A DNA stretch of 64,000 nucleotides from Escherichia phage JSE. A program made the position numbers and the translations under genes. Below, piece by piece: positions 9,809 to 19,002 of this stretch; position 1 is the stretch's first letter; each line of letters begins with the position of its first letter. The notes beneath the pieces are model-generated. The model ran no database searches. It was not told the DNA's origin and worked only from the letters and a program-made list of their open reading frames with translations. The stretch is from sequence record EU863408. The stretch is one strand, 5' to 3'.

Positions 9809-9832
9809 GCCTCCAATCTTTCGACGGGAGGC
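9809..9832 (-). promoter_or_regulatory. hairpin sequestering the Shine-Dalgarno of the Mod-like gene
   Basis: minus-strand RNA GCCUCC-12nt-GGAGGC then U-run; the 3' arm contains the GGAGG about 10 nt before the ATG. Confidence 0.4.
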
Positions 9833-9880
9833 ATAATAAAACCATTGATTGAGTTTGTCAATCACAAAGTGTATGTGATC

Positions 9881-9888
9881 TATAAATA
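9881..9888 (+). promoter_or_regulatory. candidate T4-type late promoter (TATAAATA)
   Basis: exact TATAAATA about 30 nt before the plus-strand endonuclease ATG; RBS AAAGGAGA. Confidence 0.45.
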
Positions 9889-9917
9889 AGTTTGTTAGAA
9901 CTAAAGGAGATCACAAA

Positions 9918-10838
9918 ATGAACTATAAACGTATTTATGATAACCTGATTGAACGTGCTAAGACTAGAAATATCGACGGATACACAGAAAAGCATCACAT
10001 CATACCACGTTGTATGGATGGAAGCGATGACCCCACCAACCTAGTAAGACTTACACCAGAAGAACATTATATGGCACATCTTTTGTTAGTTAAGATATAT
10101 CCAGATAATAATAAACTGATATATGCCGCTAACATGATGTGCGTTTCTTGTCATGGACAAAGACAAACAAATAAGCGTCACGGATGGTTGCGTAGAAAAA
10201 CGGCGGAAGCGCATAGTAAAAGAATACGCGATAGAATGGAGAACGATCCAGAATATAGATCTAAGGTTTCGGAATGGGCTAGAAAAATGGGTAAAGCCAT
10301 GAAAGGCGTTAAGCGAGGACCGGAATTTAGCAGAAAGTTGGCAGAAAGAAACAGAAATACCGTGATGAGAGAAGAAACTAAACGTAAGATCGGGGAAGCC
10401 AACAAAGGAAAGAAACGTACAGAAGAATATAAAAGAAAACATAGTGAAAGGTATAAAGGTGAAGGTAATCCGATGTATGGTAAACGAGGAAAGGACCATC
10501 CGGCATATGGTACTAAACCGTGGAACAACCAAACATCATTTGTTGAGCAGAAAGCATGGTGGCGGTTCGCTGGCATGTTTTATGACTGGTATCGGAGAGA
10601 TATTGACCGTGGAACACATAAACGCCACGGTCATAAGAGAATGTTGGATGAGTTAGGTTTCGTTGGTTGGCGAGAAAAAGAGCCAGCCGCAGCAAGACGA
10701 TCAATTGAGATGTTCGCTAAAGGCTGGAATCCTTATGAAGACCAAGAATGGTTAGATTATGTTAATACCCGCTTTCCAAACGACGATAGTTTTCCGCGTT
10801 CTTCAACATATACAAGACAAACAGATCCTTCGCAGTAA
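9918..10838 (+). CDS. free-standing HNH homing endonuclease with NUMOD3-type repeats
   Basis: 306 aa; HNH core EKHHIIPRCMDGSDDPTNLVRLTPEEHYMAH; repeated basic ETKRKIGEANKGK-type motifs; the only long plus-strand gene here. Confidence 0.8.
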   Translation: MNYKRIYDNLIERAKTRNIDGYTEKHHIIPRCMDGSDDPTNLVRLTPEEHYMAHLLLVKIYPDNNKLIYAANMMCVSCHGQRQTNKRHGWLRRKTAEAHSKRIRDRMENDPEYRSKVSEWARKMGKAMKGVKRGPEFSRKLAERNRNTVMREETKRKIGEANKGKKRTEEYKRKHSERYKGEGNPMYGKRGKDHPAYGTKPWNNQTSFVEQKAWWRFAGMFYDWYRRDIDRGTHKRHGHKRMLDELGFVGWREKEPAAARRSIEMFAKGWNPYEDQEWLDYVNTRFPNDDSFPRSSTYTRQTDPSQ

Positions 10839-11280
10839 GCCCCAACGCCAAGAATTTACACATAATGAAATGGAGTTGGTCGACGGCTTCTAGGTATGTT
10901 TCCAAACGATCCGCCTCAGATAAATCACTAAAGAGGCGGTTTCGTGCTTCCATATGATTGGCTTTCCAGTGTTTCCACACCGCGCTAGCGTCTTTCCCGT
11001 TAGACATACCACCCAACGCAGTATACAGTTCTCGCGTTTCGTCGTCAAGCGCATTATCATTAGCTCGAATAAAATCTAAAATCTCTCCACATGTTTTCAA
11101 TTCATCAATTTTTGCTACCCACGGACGGTCATTAGATACCTGGTCTTGTAGTGCTTTCTGCATGTCCATCATGTGTTGAAATGGGTTATCACCGTTGGCG
11201 ATAATTTCTTTATATTTTTCTTCTGCAAAATTCAGAGTTTCCGCGTTTACTAAGTGTGCACAAGAATTAAATTCTGACAT
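10762..11280 (-). CDS. 56: dCTP pyrophosphatase (MazG-like)
   Basis: track ORF 10762-11286 (GTG); ATG at 11278-11280 with SD GAGGTG; about 172 aa; immediately downstream of primase as T4 gene 56. Confidence 0.75.
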   Translation of the reverse strand: MSEFNSCAHLVNAETLNFAEEKYKEIIANGDNPFQHMMDMQKALQDQVSNDRPWVAKIDELKTCGEILDFIRANDNALDDETRELYTALGGMSNGKDASAVWKHWKANHMEARNRLFSDLSEADRLETYLEAVDQLHFIMCKFLALGLTAKDLFVLYMLKNAENYRRLESGY

Positions 11281-11294
11281 ATTCACCTCATTAA

Positions 11295-12323
11295 TTAAAA
11301 TTTACAATATTTCATAAACCGCATTTTAGCCATCAGACCTTGTACGGTGTTCTCTTTGATATATTCCATGATCTGGTCGCGTGTAGCGCCCTCGTCCTGA
11401 ATCATGGCATTAACGTCTTTAGAATGCCACGGGCAACGATCCCACAATACAATCTTTTCCCCTGCATTGATAAACTTTTCCAGTCGGTGCATTGTATCGG
11501 CAGATCGTGGTTCCGCATCAAGTACAAACACTCGCTGGTCTGGGAAAGGTATTTCATCTAATCCCAAAGTACCGCCAGTAATTGCACACCCGTTATCAAT
11601 AAACAATGAATCGATCGGACCTTCTAAGAAATACACTGGTTTACTCGGATCGGCGCGTTCAAGACCATAGACCTTACTCGCTAACTCATGAGTTTTAATC
11701 GTCATATATTTGGTCTTTCCGTAATCCTTTCTCAATGCTCGCCCCTGAATGGATTCTATCTTGTTCTCGCGGTTAAAGATAGGAATCACTAAACGCGGCT
11801 CAGGTTGTGGATTCTTGAAAGTATCAGCCTTAATGTGATTTGCTACCTTTTGCCATTCTCTCGTGAAATACAGAAGATCCCATTTATCGTGGGGAATGCA
11901 ACGATCACTGACATACTTTATTATAGGATGATTAGTCGGAAGAGTATCTAATCTCTCGCAGAAAGGCAATGTTTGCACTTTCTTAATCTCCGGCTTTTCT
12001 ACCTTTTTTAGTGGCTTGAACGTGGTGTTCTTGTGGTCGCCTTGTTCCTTCCGTCGTTCCATAAGCCATTCCCTGAATAAGTCCGGCTTATACTGTTTGA
12101 GAAATTCACCTAACGGCTGATTGTAGTTACAGTTGAAACAACCACAACGCAAACTATCCTTATAGGTATAGATACGGAATCGCGCTTGAGTATGATTTTT
12201 CTTTGAGTCACCGCAGATCGGACAACTACAGACCAGCGTAAATGAGCTAGTATGCAACCGTTTAAAATTTCGTTCGCCGTATATGGCTTTTTCCGCTATT
12301 TCATAATCTGCGTAGTAAATCAT
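11295..12323 (-). CDS. 61: DNA primase (zinc ribbon + TOPRIM)
   Basis: 342 aa, same length as T4 gp61; CxxC...CxxC (CSCPICGD...CFNC); TOPRIM acidic motifs. Confidence 0.9.
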   Translation of the reverse strand: MIYYADYEIAEKAIYGERNFKRLHTSSFTLVCSCPICGDSKKNHTQARFRIYTYKDSLRCGCFNCNYNQPLGEFLKQYKPDLFREWLMERRKEQGDHKNTTFKPLKKVEKPEIKKVQTLPFCERLDTLPTNHPIIKYVSDRCIPHDKWDLLYFTREWQKVANHIKADTFKNPQPEPRLVIPIFNRENKIESIQGRALRKDYGKTKYMTIKTHELASKVYGLERADPSKPVYFLEGPIDSLFIDNGCAITGGTLGLDEIPFPDQRVFVLDAEPRSADTMHRLEKFINAGEKIVLWDRCPWHSKDVNAMIQDEGATRDQIMEYIKENTVQGLMAKMRFMKYCKF

Positions 12324-12332
12324 AATAACCTC

Positions 12333-12536
12333 TTATAGCTCAAATTTCATGAAAGTTCCCACACTTTCATTTTCATTCTCTCCGTTTTCATCTAAGCCAA
12401 ATTTGTAGACACTACCATCTGGCGATATGTAAGAGAATACACGAAAACGGCCTACCGGGTCAAGTTCTGTAAATTCATATTCTTTTCCGGCTTCAAAAAG
12501 TGCATATGTGCTTTTAAGACATTTCATCGTAATCAT
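12333..12536 (-). CDS. hypothetical protein
   Basis: 67-aa ORF. Confidence 0.4.
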   Translation of the reverse strand: MITMKCLKSTYALFEAGKEYEFTELDPVGRFRVFSYISPDGSVYKFGLDENGENENESVGTFMKFEL

Positions 12537-12691
12537 TTAAGCGCCACCGATGAGAACATGATAATAATACCAGAATACATAACAGTCTCAGAAATTTTTT
12601 CTGTTTTTGTCTTATATCCAGACAACCCGAAAAAGACAACACCCGAAATAGCCATCACAAGCCCGATAATGAATACAATAAAACTAACCAT
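12533..12691 (-). CDS. small membrane protein (52 aa)
   Basis: hand-translated MVSFIVFIIGLVMAISGVVFFG...; strong SD AAGGAG; ATGA overlap with next gene. Confidence 0.5.
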   Translation of the reverse strand: MVSFIVFIIGLVMAISGVVFFGLSGYKTKTEKISETVMYSGIIIMFSSVALK

Positions 12692-12860
12692 TGTCTTTCT
12701 CCTTTTTGCGTTTTTCTTTACCCGCTACACTAGGTCCACGATTGGTAATAGATCCGCTCGTTTCCCCTGCTGCGATCTTCTCAGGATTGCCGCCAGCATC
12801 GCCAGCGGTCATATCTTCTTTGAGTTTATTTTCTTCAACAAACTGTTTAAAACCAATCAT
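12684..12860 (-). CDS. small Gly/Lys-rich hydrophilic ORF (58 aa)
   Basis: hand-translated; ATGA coupling to upstream ORF. Confidence 0.35.
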   Translation of the reverse strand: MIGFKQFVEENKLKEDMTAGDAGGNPEKIAAGETSGSITNRGPSVAGKEKRKKEKDNG

Positions 12861-13231
12861 AGAATAATCTCTTTCAGTAAGTCAACAATCTGGTCTTTCG
12901 TCAGTTTATCCTGATTCTCTACAATCTTGATAACACAAGCGTTAACATCTTTGCGAGTCACGCGGGAGATCGTTTTAATACGATGAAACGGTTCGTAGAA
13001 ATATACTGCTTCATTATAGGTCGCAGCAATTTTTTGACGCATTTGATCTTTATCGGCCATAAAAACAATTGCAATTTTCGGATCTACACCAGCCACATCA
13101 TAAAGTTCGGCGACTCCCCAGCGTCCTCCCGGTTCAATCATCCCAGCGTGTTTACCGTTAATAAAGATAAGAATGTCTCCGTTATTTGCGGTTTTAAATG
13201 CTACATCTTCCGGCGTAATCATATTCTTCAT
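12857..13231 (-). CDS. hypothetical protein
   Basis: 124-aa ORF between primase and helicase genes. Confidence 0.5.
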   Translation of the reverse strand: MKNMITPEDVAFKTANNGDILIFINGKHAGMIEPGGRWGVAELYDVAGVDPKIAIVFMADKDQMRQKIAATYNEAVYFYEPFHRIKTISRVTRKDVNACVIKIVENQDKLTKDQIVDLLKEIIL

Positions 13232-13261
13232 AATATCGTCTCCTTAGAGTTTCATTATAGA

Positions 13262-13897
13262 TCAAGCGAACGTAGAAAGCAAATGTTTTGTTTCTTTCAG
13301 TTGTCGTTCAAGGTCTTTGCGTTTCTCTTTCAACTGTAGTTTAGCATTGTTTCGTTGTTTTTCAACATCTTTATCAATGTGCTTAGTCCAATTATCAATA
13401 TCAGAATAAGTTGGCATACCCAATTCTAGACCTAATGCGGTTGGATGCAGGGTAACAGTCCATAAACCGCTAATCTTCTTAAATAGGTCTGGGTGTAGTG
13501 TACTATCTACATCTTCCGGTGTCAACTCTTTTTCTTCTTTCAGTGGTGGGATCTCGTCATATGGTTCCAATGCATTTACTTTAATATCAGATACCTCATC
13601 AAAGAATCCGCGTACATCCGCAGGAAATACACAAGCAATTTCCCAACCGTGATCACGCAGAGAAGTAATATTTTTCACTCCCCCACCATGTGTGATGATT
13701 GATGTGACATTGCCATCGAGGTCCACCGAATTTACGAGAAATGGCTTATCGTCTGTCAGATCATTATAAAACTGTGCTTCGGCTGTAGTCATCTCCAGAA
13801 ACAGATCTCGGATCGGACGACCATCAGGTGCGTTACCTTCCTTGAGAGTATAAAAGCGACTTACGATCCATTTTGGCGGTAAAGCATTAGCGATCAT
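13262..13897 (-). CDS. hypothetical protein
   Basis: 211-aa ORF between primase and helicase genes. Confidence 0.5.
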   Translation of the reverse strand: MIANALPPKWIVSRFYTLKEGNAPDGRPIRDLFLEMTTAEAQFYNDLTDDKPFLVNSVDLDGNVTSIITHGGGVKNITSLRDHGWEIACVFPADVRGFFDEVSDIKVNALEPYDEIPPLKEEKELTPEDVDSTLHPDLFKKISGLWTVTLHPTALGLELGMPTYSDIDNWTKHIDKDVEKQRNNAKLQLKEKRKDLERQLKETKHLLSTFA

Positions 13898-13947
13898 GTT
13901 ATATCTCCTATCAAATCATTCACCAGCGCCCCGCAGGGCGCATTTTA

Positions 13948-15360
13948 TTAGAAAGTCATGTTATTTGCTAGCTCGTCGAGTTTTTCTCGTTTCTCGGCTT
14001 GCTGTGCGCTTTGTGGTTTAACTTGTGCATTCTCCTGATCTGCGATCTGGTTTGGTACTTCATACCAACGCTGATTGCCTTTCTTCACACCAACGTTAAA
14101 CCGTGAATAATAGTTCTTGTCACCGTAACGAGACTTGATCTGCTTCATGAGTTGGACGCCCATTTTAGCCAGGTCTTCGGTTTCGATAACACCCAACATA
14201 AAGTCGGCAGTAGCCGGAAGACCTGCTGATTCAGCGGTATCACTCATGTTAAGGTCGGAAGCATCCCAACCCGCGCGGGTAGTCTGTGCCGCAGTCCAAC
14301 CAACAACATCCCACTTAACAAAAAATCCTCGCAGTTCTTCCGCAATCGCCTTAACTAGTGTGTAACTATTTTCAGAGTATACACGCAAGCGAGACGATGC
14401 GCAAATCCCCAGATAGTCAACAATCACAACATCAGGTTTAAACTGTTTCTTGAGTCGCAATTCATTCATTAACGCCTCAAAGTGATTGGAGTTCGCGCCA
14501 CCAGTAGGATACTGCTTGATCATCAATTTTCCAACCGGACGATCTCCGATCTTCTTATTCTTAACACGCTTCATGCGTGCGGAATATTCCGCAAAAGAAA
14601 CATTACCATTATCCAATTCATCTAATGTAATGTCAAGCAAGTTTGCGTCGATACGTTTGGCTACGACATGCTCTGCCATCTCCATTGAGATATACAATAC
14701 ATCATAACCACATTCCATATAATCCGCAGCAAGAGAACACAAGCCAAGCGATTTACCAACGTTTACACCAGCAAGCAACACATTTAGCGTTTTTCTTTCC
14801 GCCCCTCCTTTCGTGATTTTATTCAACATCGGCAGCTTAAACGGGATCTTATTCGCCTTAGTCTGATATAGCAAGAATCGTTTTTCAAAGTCATTAAACC
14901 AGTCATGACCTACATCAGAATCAAACGTAATGGATAGTGCTTCCTGCATGATCTCAGGAATAGCACCCTCACTAGGCAATTTCTTATTCTGTTTCTCTTT
15001 TGGTAGTTGTGCGTTCGCCTGAATCTCTAGCGCCCGTGACATTGCATTATACATGGCACGGTCACGAATAAATTTTTCGGTTTCCTTCATTAACCAATCA
15101 AGGTCTTCCGGTGTATTCTCAAGCGAATCAAGAAGAGTTTTAGCCCCTTCATATGTTGTCTGATTGCCTCTCTCCTTGTCTAAAGCAATCTGTAATGCAG
15201 TTGGTGTAGGAATATTGGAATATTCGTCTACGTGCTTTTTAATCAGCTTATAAATCAGTTTTTCTTCGTCTTCGGTGAAGTAGTCCGCTTTAAGGTGAGG
15301 CCATACATTCGTAAAGAATGCGCCATTGTAAATCAACTGTGAAAAGATAGTTTTAATCAT
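13948..15360 (-). CDS. 41: replicative DNA helicase (DnaB-like)
   Basis: 470 aa; Walker A GVNVGKS; RecA-like core; adjacent to primase. Confidence 0.9.
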   Translation of the reverse strand: MIKTIFSQLIYNGAFFTNVWPHLKADYFTEDEEKLIYKLIKKHVDEYSNIPTPTALQIALDKERGNQTTYEGAKTLLDSLENTPEDLDWLMKETEKFIRDRAMYNAMSRALEIQANAQLPKEKQNKKLPSEGAIPEIMQEALSITFDSDVGHDWFNDFEKRFLLYQTKANKIPFKLPMLNKITKGGAERKTLNVLLAGVNVGKSLGLCSLAADYMECGYDVLYISMEMAEHVVAKRIDANLLDITLDELDNGNVSFAEYSARMKRVKNKKIGDRPVGKLMIKQYPTGGANSNHFEALMNELRLKKQFKPDVVIVDYLGICASSRLRVYSENSYTLVKAIAEELRGFFVKWDVVGWTAAQTTRAGWDASDLNMSDTAESAGLPATADFMLGVIETEDLAKMGVQLMKQIKSRYGDKNYYSRFNVGVKKGNQRWYEVPNQIADQENAQVKPQSAQQAEKREKLDELANNMTF

Positions 15361-15674
15361 ACATATCCCCCAACTACACGCATAACAAAGGTCTTGAGTT
15401 TATACCAGAAAGTTTCTTTTTTCAACTTTTCTTCTGCTTCTTTGATCTGCGCGGTTAACGCCTTAATGACGTGTGGATATACCACATCACGATCTGACGG
15501 CGTGGAGTAGTCGACCACAATACCTTTAGTGTCTGGATCGTATTCAACATTATGAATATAGACAATATGATGTTCTCCCTCTTCATCAACAATTATCAAT
15601 TCCTGAATAACTGTCTTCATTGCTTCTTGAATCAAGCCGTGTGCTTCTTCTAAACTTGTTGGTTTCTTATCCAT
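15357..15674 (-). CDS. hypothetical protein (gene 40 position)
   Basis: 105-aa ORF between uvsX and gene 41; GAGGATTATATT-ATG; positional call only. Confidence 0.4.
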   Translation of the reverse strand: MDKKPTSLEEAHGLIQEAMKTVIQELIIVDEEGEHHIVYIHNVEYDPDTKGIVVDYSTPSDRDVVYPHVIKALTAQIKEAEEKLKKETFWYKLKTFVMRVVGGYV

Positions 15675-15694
15675 AATATAATCCTCTCTAGATA

Positions 15695-15718
15695 TGAAAA
15701 AGGGGCACGTAGCCCCTT
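15695..15718 (-). terminator. intrinsic terminator-like hairpin after uvsX
   Basis: minus RNA AGGGGCU-ACGU-GCCCCU followed by UUUUU. Confidence 0.5.
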
Positions 15719-15729
15719 TACTACCATTG

Positions 15730-16800
15730 TTATGCTAACATATCTTCGATTTCTTTGTCAACTGCTTCGTCGCTGATCACTTGCCCCAGCTTATAATGAT
15801 CGTTGATTGCTTCGTTAAACTTATCGTTTGTCAGAAGTGGTTTCCAGAACTCAATGCTATTGGTTTCTTTAGCACGGAACTTGCGTTCTTCGGTTTCCAT
15901 CTCTCCGGTCTCAGTATTCAGGATTGAACGAGAATACCAGCCGTTTGACGGTTTCACTACCCAGCCTAACTCTACAGCCAACTCCAGCAAACCGGAATAA
16001 GGATCGATACCACCGCTAAATGTTACGCTAATCGGGAACTTAGATTTTTCTTTAACGGTTCGTGATTTTTCCGCATTCAGGATAAAATCATAACCAGTAA
16101 TTTCGGTTCCTTCTTTCTGCTGACGACGACCAATAATGAAAACTTCATTGGCTGAATACATCGCGCCCGTACCGCCGGACATAACGGTCTTACTAAACAT
16201 TTCTTGCGTTTCGTAAGTGTGGTTAATAGCGATGCACGGGATATCATTCATAGTCAGATACGGCGTAACCATACGGAACAAGCCTTTAAGTGCTTTCGCT
16301 CGCGTCATATCCTGTGCGGATTTCTCATTAATCGCGTCTTCAACTTCTTTTTTACTTGCTAAGTTACCGATTGAGTCAATAAAGATGATCACTTTATCTT
16401 CACGGGTAATTTGCTCAAGCTGGTTCATGATTTCAAATTTAAGTTCTTCGATGTTCTTGATTGGAACATGCACCACGCGATCAGGATCTACACCCATAGA
16501 TTCAAGATAAGCGGGTGTAATACCGAACTCAGAATCAAAGAACAAACACGCCGCATCAGGATTCTGTTTCATGTATGCACTAACACAAGTTAATCCCATG
16601 TTTGATTTAAAGTGCTTAGACGGACCAGCAAAGAAAATCAGACCAGATTGAAAGCCTTTTTTAAGATCACCTGAAAACGCAATATTCAGCATCGGGATCT
16701 TAGTGCGAGTATTTGTTTTTTCGTTAAAGAAGCTGGATTTAGACAGTACCGCAGTAGTTTTCAGGGTAGAGTTCTTTTTCAGTTTTTCCAGTACAGACAT
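15730..16800 (-). CDS. uvsX: UvsX recombinase (RecA-like)
   Basis: 356 aa; Walker A GPSKHFKS; RecA-fold motifs. Confidence 0.9.
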   Translation of the reverse strand: MSVLEKLKKNSTLKTTAVLSKSSFFNEKTNTRTKIPMLNIAFSGDLKKGFQSGLIFFAGPSKHFKSNMGLTCVSAYMKQNPDAACLFFDSEFGITPAYLESMGVDPDRVVHVPIKNIEELKFEIMNQLEQITREDKVIIFIDSIGNLASKKEVEDAINEKSAQDMTRAKALKGLFRMVTPYLTMNDIPCIAINHTYETQEMFSKTVMSGGTGAMYSANEVFIIGRRQQKEGTEITGYDFILNAEKSRTVKEKSKFPISVTFSGGIDPYSGLLELAVELGWVVKPSNGWYSRSILNTETGEMETEERKFRAKETNSIEFWKPLLTNDKFNEAINDHYKLGQVISDEAVDKEIEDMLA

Positions 16801-16811
16801 TATTAATACCT

Positions 16812-17039
16812 CTATTCAGTTAATCCGTAATACTTTAATTGCTTCATTGTTATTCGATCTTTGTAGTGCTCTTGAATTAACTTTTTCATCGCATCAACAT
16901 TGATCGTCACAAATACTTCGTTGCTGTGATTTCCGTGAACTTTCTTGAAATGCTCTATGCCTTCCTCACGTTCACGTTTAATCTTTTCAATGTCTCTCAT
17001 AGTATATTTCTCACGTTGGCGGGTATCGTCACCCAACAC
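16812..17039 (-). CDS. hypothetical protein
   Basis: 75-aa ORF; the only ORF between uvsX and gene 43. Confidence 0.35.
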   Translation of the reverse strand: MLGDDTRQREKYTMRDIEKIKREREEGIEHFKKVHGNHSNEVFVTINVDAMKKLIQEHYKDRITMKQLKYYGLTE

Positions 17040-17061
17040 CCGCCATTATACACACTTTATC

Positions 17062-18538
17062 TTAAATGTCAAACAGGTCCGTCAGTGAAGCAACTTTTTC
17101 ATATTGCAGCTTCGCAGCCGTGGTAATGTTCTCCAGTGGTTTGACGAAAGTCTTATTAAACAACAAAGGCCAGTCCAACCACTTCAACACCTCTGATTCA
17201 ATTTCTGGCGGAATACGAGTACCAGACAACCAACCAAAACAGATTTCTCCAAACGGATTTCGGTCTTTAAGCGGTACAATCATAACCTTCTCGCCTTCAC
17301 GAATCGGATCTAGTCCGAATTTTCGAGCATTACGATTATAACACAATACACTCTTAACCGCATACGGACAACCCTTAATCGGATACCCGTTTGAATCGCT
17401 GTATTTCTGTAGGTTGTTTGCAGATGATACCGCAGCAACATCAAGATAGTCAAGTTTTCTAAATTCTTGCTCAAAAATACCGTAGTATTCCTGCAATGAC
17501 TCTTCACCTTCCTGCAACATACGGCGAATACATTCTTTCAGTGATTTCTGGCATGCTTTAGGGGTGGAGCTACGTTGCGTTTCCAAGCCCATGATTTTTA
17601 GCTTAGGTTCAGCAAAGCGCGTTCCTTCCATATCCCAAACATTAAGAGCATAACGCTTTTTACCAGTCCAGAATCCACCGATACCCGCAGATTTCAACGG
17701 AGGACCAGCAATTGCCTCACGGTCCATAAACATCAAGTGCTCATAGTTGTTCATGTACTCGCATAACTCGCGATATCCCTTGTCGATAATAGGTTCCATT
17801 CGATGTTTACCGAAATTATCAAGGAAGTCAACAAGTTTTTCGGTATCGTCGAAACGGTCTTCCCCGCCAACCTTATCAATAACATTGTTAACCAGCACAT
17901 AAACGGAGTCAGTATCACAATAACGAACATATGCAAAATCAGTCGTTCCGCAAAGCTCGTTTAAGTATTCGTTAATCTTACGCTCAATCCACTGAATTGC
18001 AAGCTGACCGAACAGTGTGATCGCACTAGCGTTACGGAGATCATAAAAACGGAATTTAGGATTCCCCAACGCACCATAAAGGGAGTTGATCAAAACTTTA
18101 CGAGAAAGCTGGTTTGTATTGCACAAGATCGACTCGTCTTTACATTCTTCCAGTAATTTCTCTAATGCATCTTTACTCAATTCAGAAAGCATCGATTTAA
18201 ACGCTTCATCGAAGTCGTGACGCACTTCAACGCTATAGCTAATGGTTCCCCCATAAACATGATTTTCATCGTGTAGAATCGCTTTACAGAGTTCAGCATT
18301 GCGGTCACATGCCAACATCATGTTTTTGTACTGCTTACGCTGATCGAATACCTTTTTAATCTCAATCGGTACGATACCGTGAATATCTTTTCTATACATC
18401 CATCCGTTAGGCGAGCAAGAATACTCATCACTCGGACGTGGTGCAGTTTTATTGATATACTCGTGCATCGGTGCAGCATCAAAAGATCCGGCGATTGTTT
18501 CCGGCGAAATATTAACCTGACGGATGATTGATGGATAC
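17062..18538 (-). CDS. 43: DNA polymerase gp43, exon 2 (motifs A-distal, B, C; thumb)
   Basis: track ORF 17062-18468 extended in frame upstream to 18538, adding YPSIIRQVNISPETIAGSFDAAP; contains KVLINSLYGALG and YCDTDS. Confidence 0.85.
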
Positions 18539-19002
18539 CATTATGTTCAGCGTGGTTCGCTACTCCCGCGCCCGTTCTCTTGCGAACTGCTACATGTCAC
18601 CATGTAGATCAGACTATATCACATTCTCATAGAGAATCCTGCCATTTCGAATCGCTTGATTCTACTCTACTCGGTTCGTTACCCTTTCGATAGTCGTTGA
18701 ACAACTGCATCTTTAAGCTCATTTTGATCAAACGGTGTTCTCTTACAGTATCCGCTATAATTCTTCACCCTGATACGGATTAGACACCAGTTTAATGTAG
18801 TCGTTTAATGCTTCCTCGTTATGTATTTCGTACTTTCTTAAAATGTCTTTCATCTCGCGCCTCCAATGTATATCAATATCTATATACATTATAAGACACG
18901 TTAGCTCAAAATGCAACTGCTGCTGATTGTCTCCTTAGAGATTTCCCAGCAATTAAGCAGGTTATTCGATCACTGTCACCAGTGAAAGCCCCATATCAGT
19001 TT
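18539..19002 (-). mobile_element. group I intron in gene 43 (464 nt, no endonuclease ORF)
   Basis: exon 1 ends ...TSL (CCCU|) then in-frame stop; intron AAACUGAUAUGGGG...GAACAUAAUG|; contains UUCAACGACUA and GAUAUAGUCU cores; splicing restores DLTSLYPSII. Confidence 0.8.
18755..18853 (-). CDS. small intron-internal ORF (32 aa)
   Basis: hand-translated MKDILRKYEIHNEEALNDYIKLVSNPYQGEEL; SD GGAGG; no endonuclease motif. Confidence 0.25.
   Translation of the reverse strand: MKDILRKYEIHNEEALNDYIKLVSNPYQGEEL

Noticed and set aside
10086-10576. Minus-strand ORFs inside the plus-strand HNH endonuclease gene
   Set aside because: Antisense to a gene with clear HNH/NUMOD motifs; Ser/Phe/Leu-rich composition typical of reverse-frame artifacts.
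13905-13940. GCGCCC-CGCA-GGGCGC hairpin after gene 41 as a minus-strand terminator
   Set aside because: The U-run is on the plus-strand side only, so on the coding strand it is an RNA structure in the leader of the next gene rather than a terminator.
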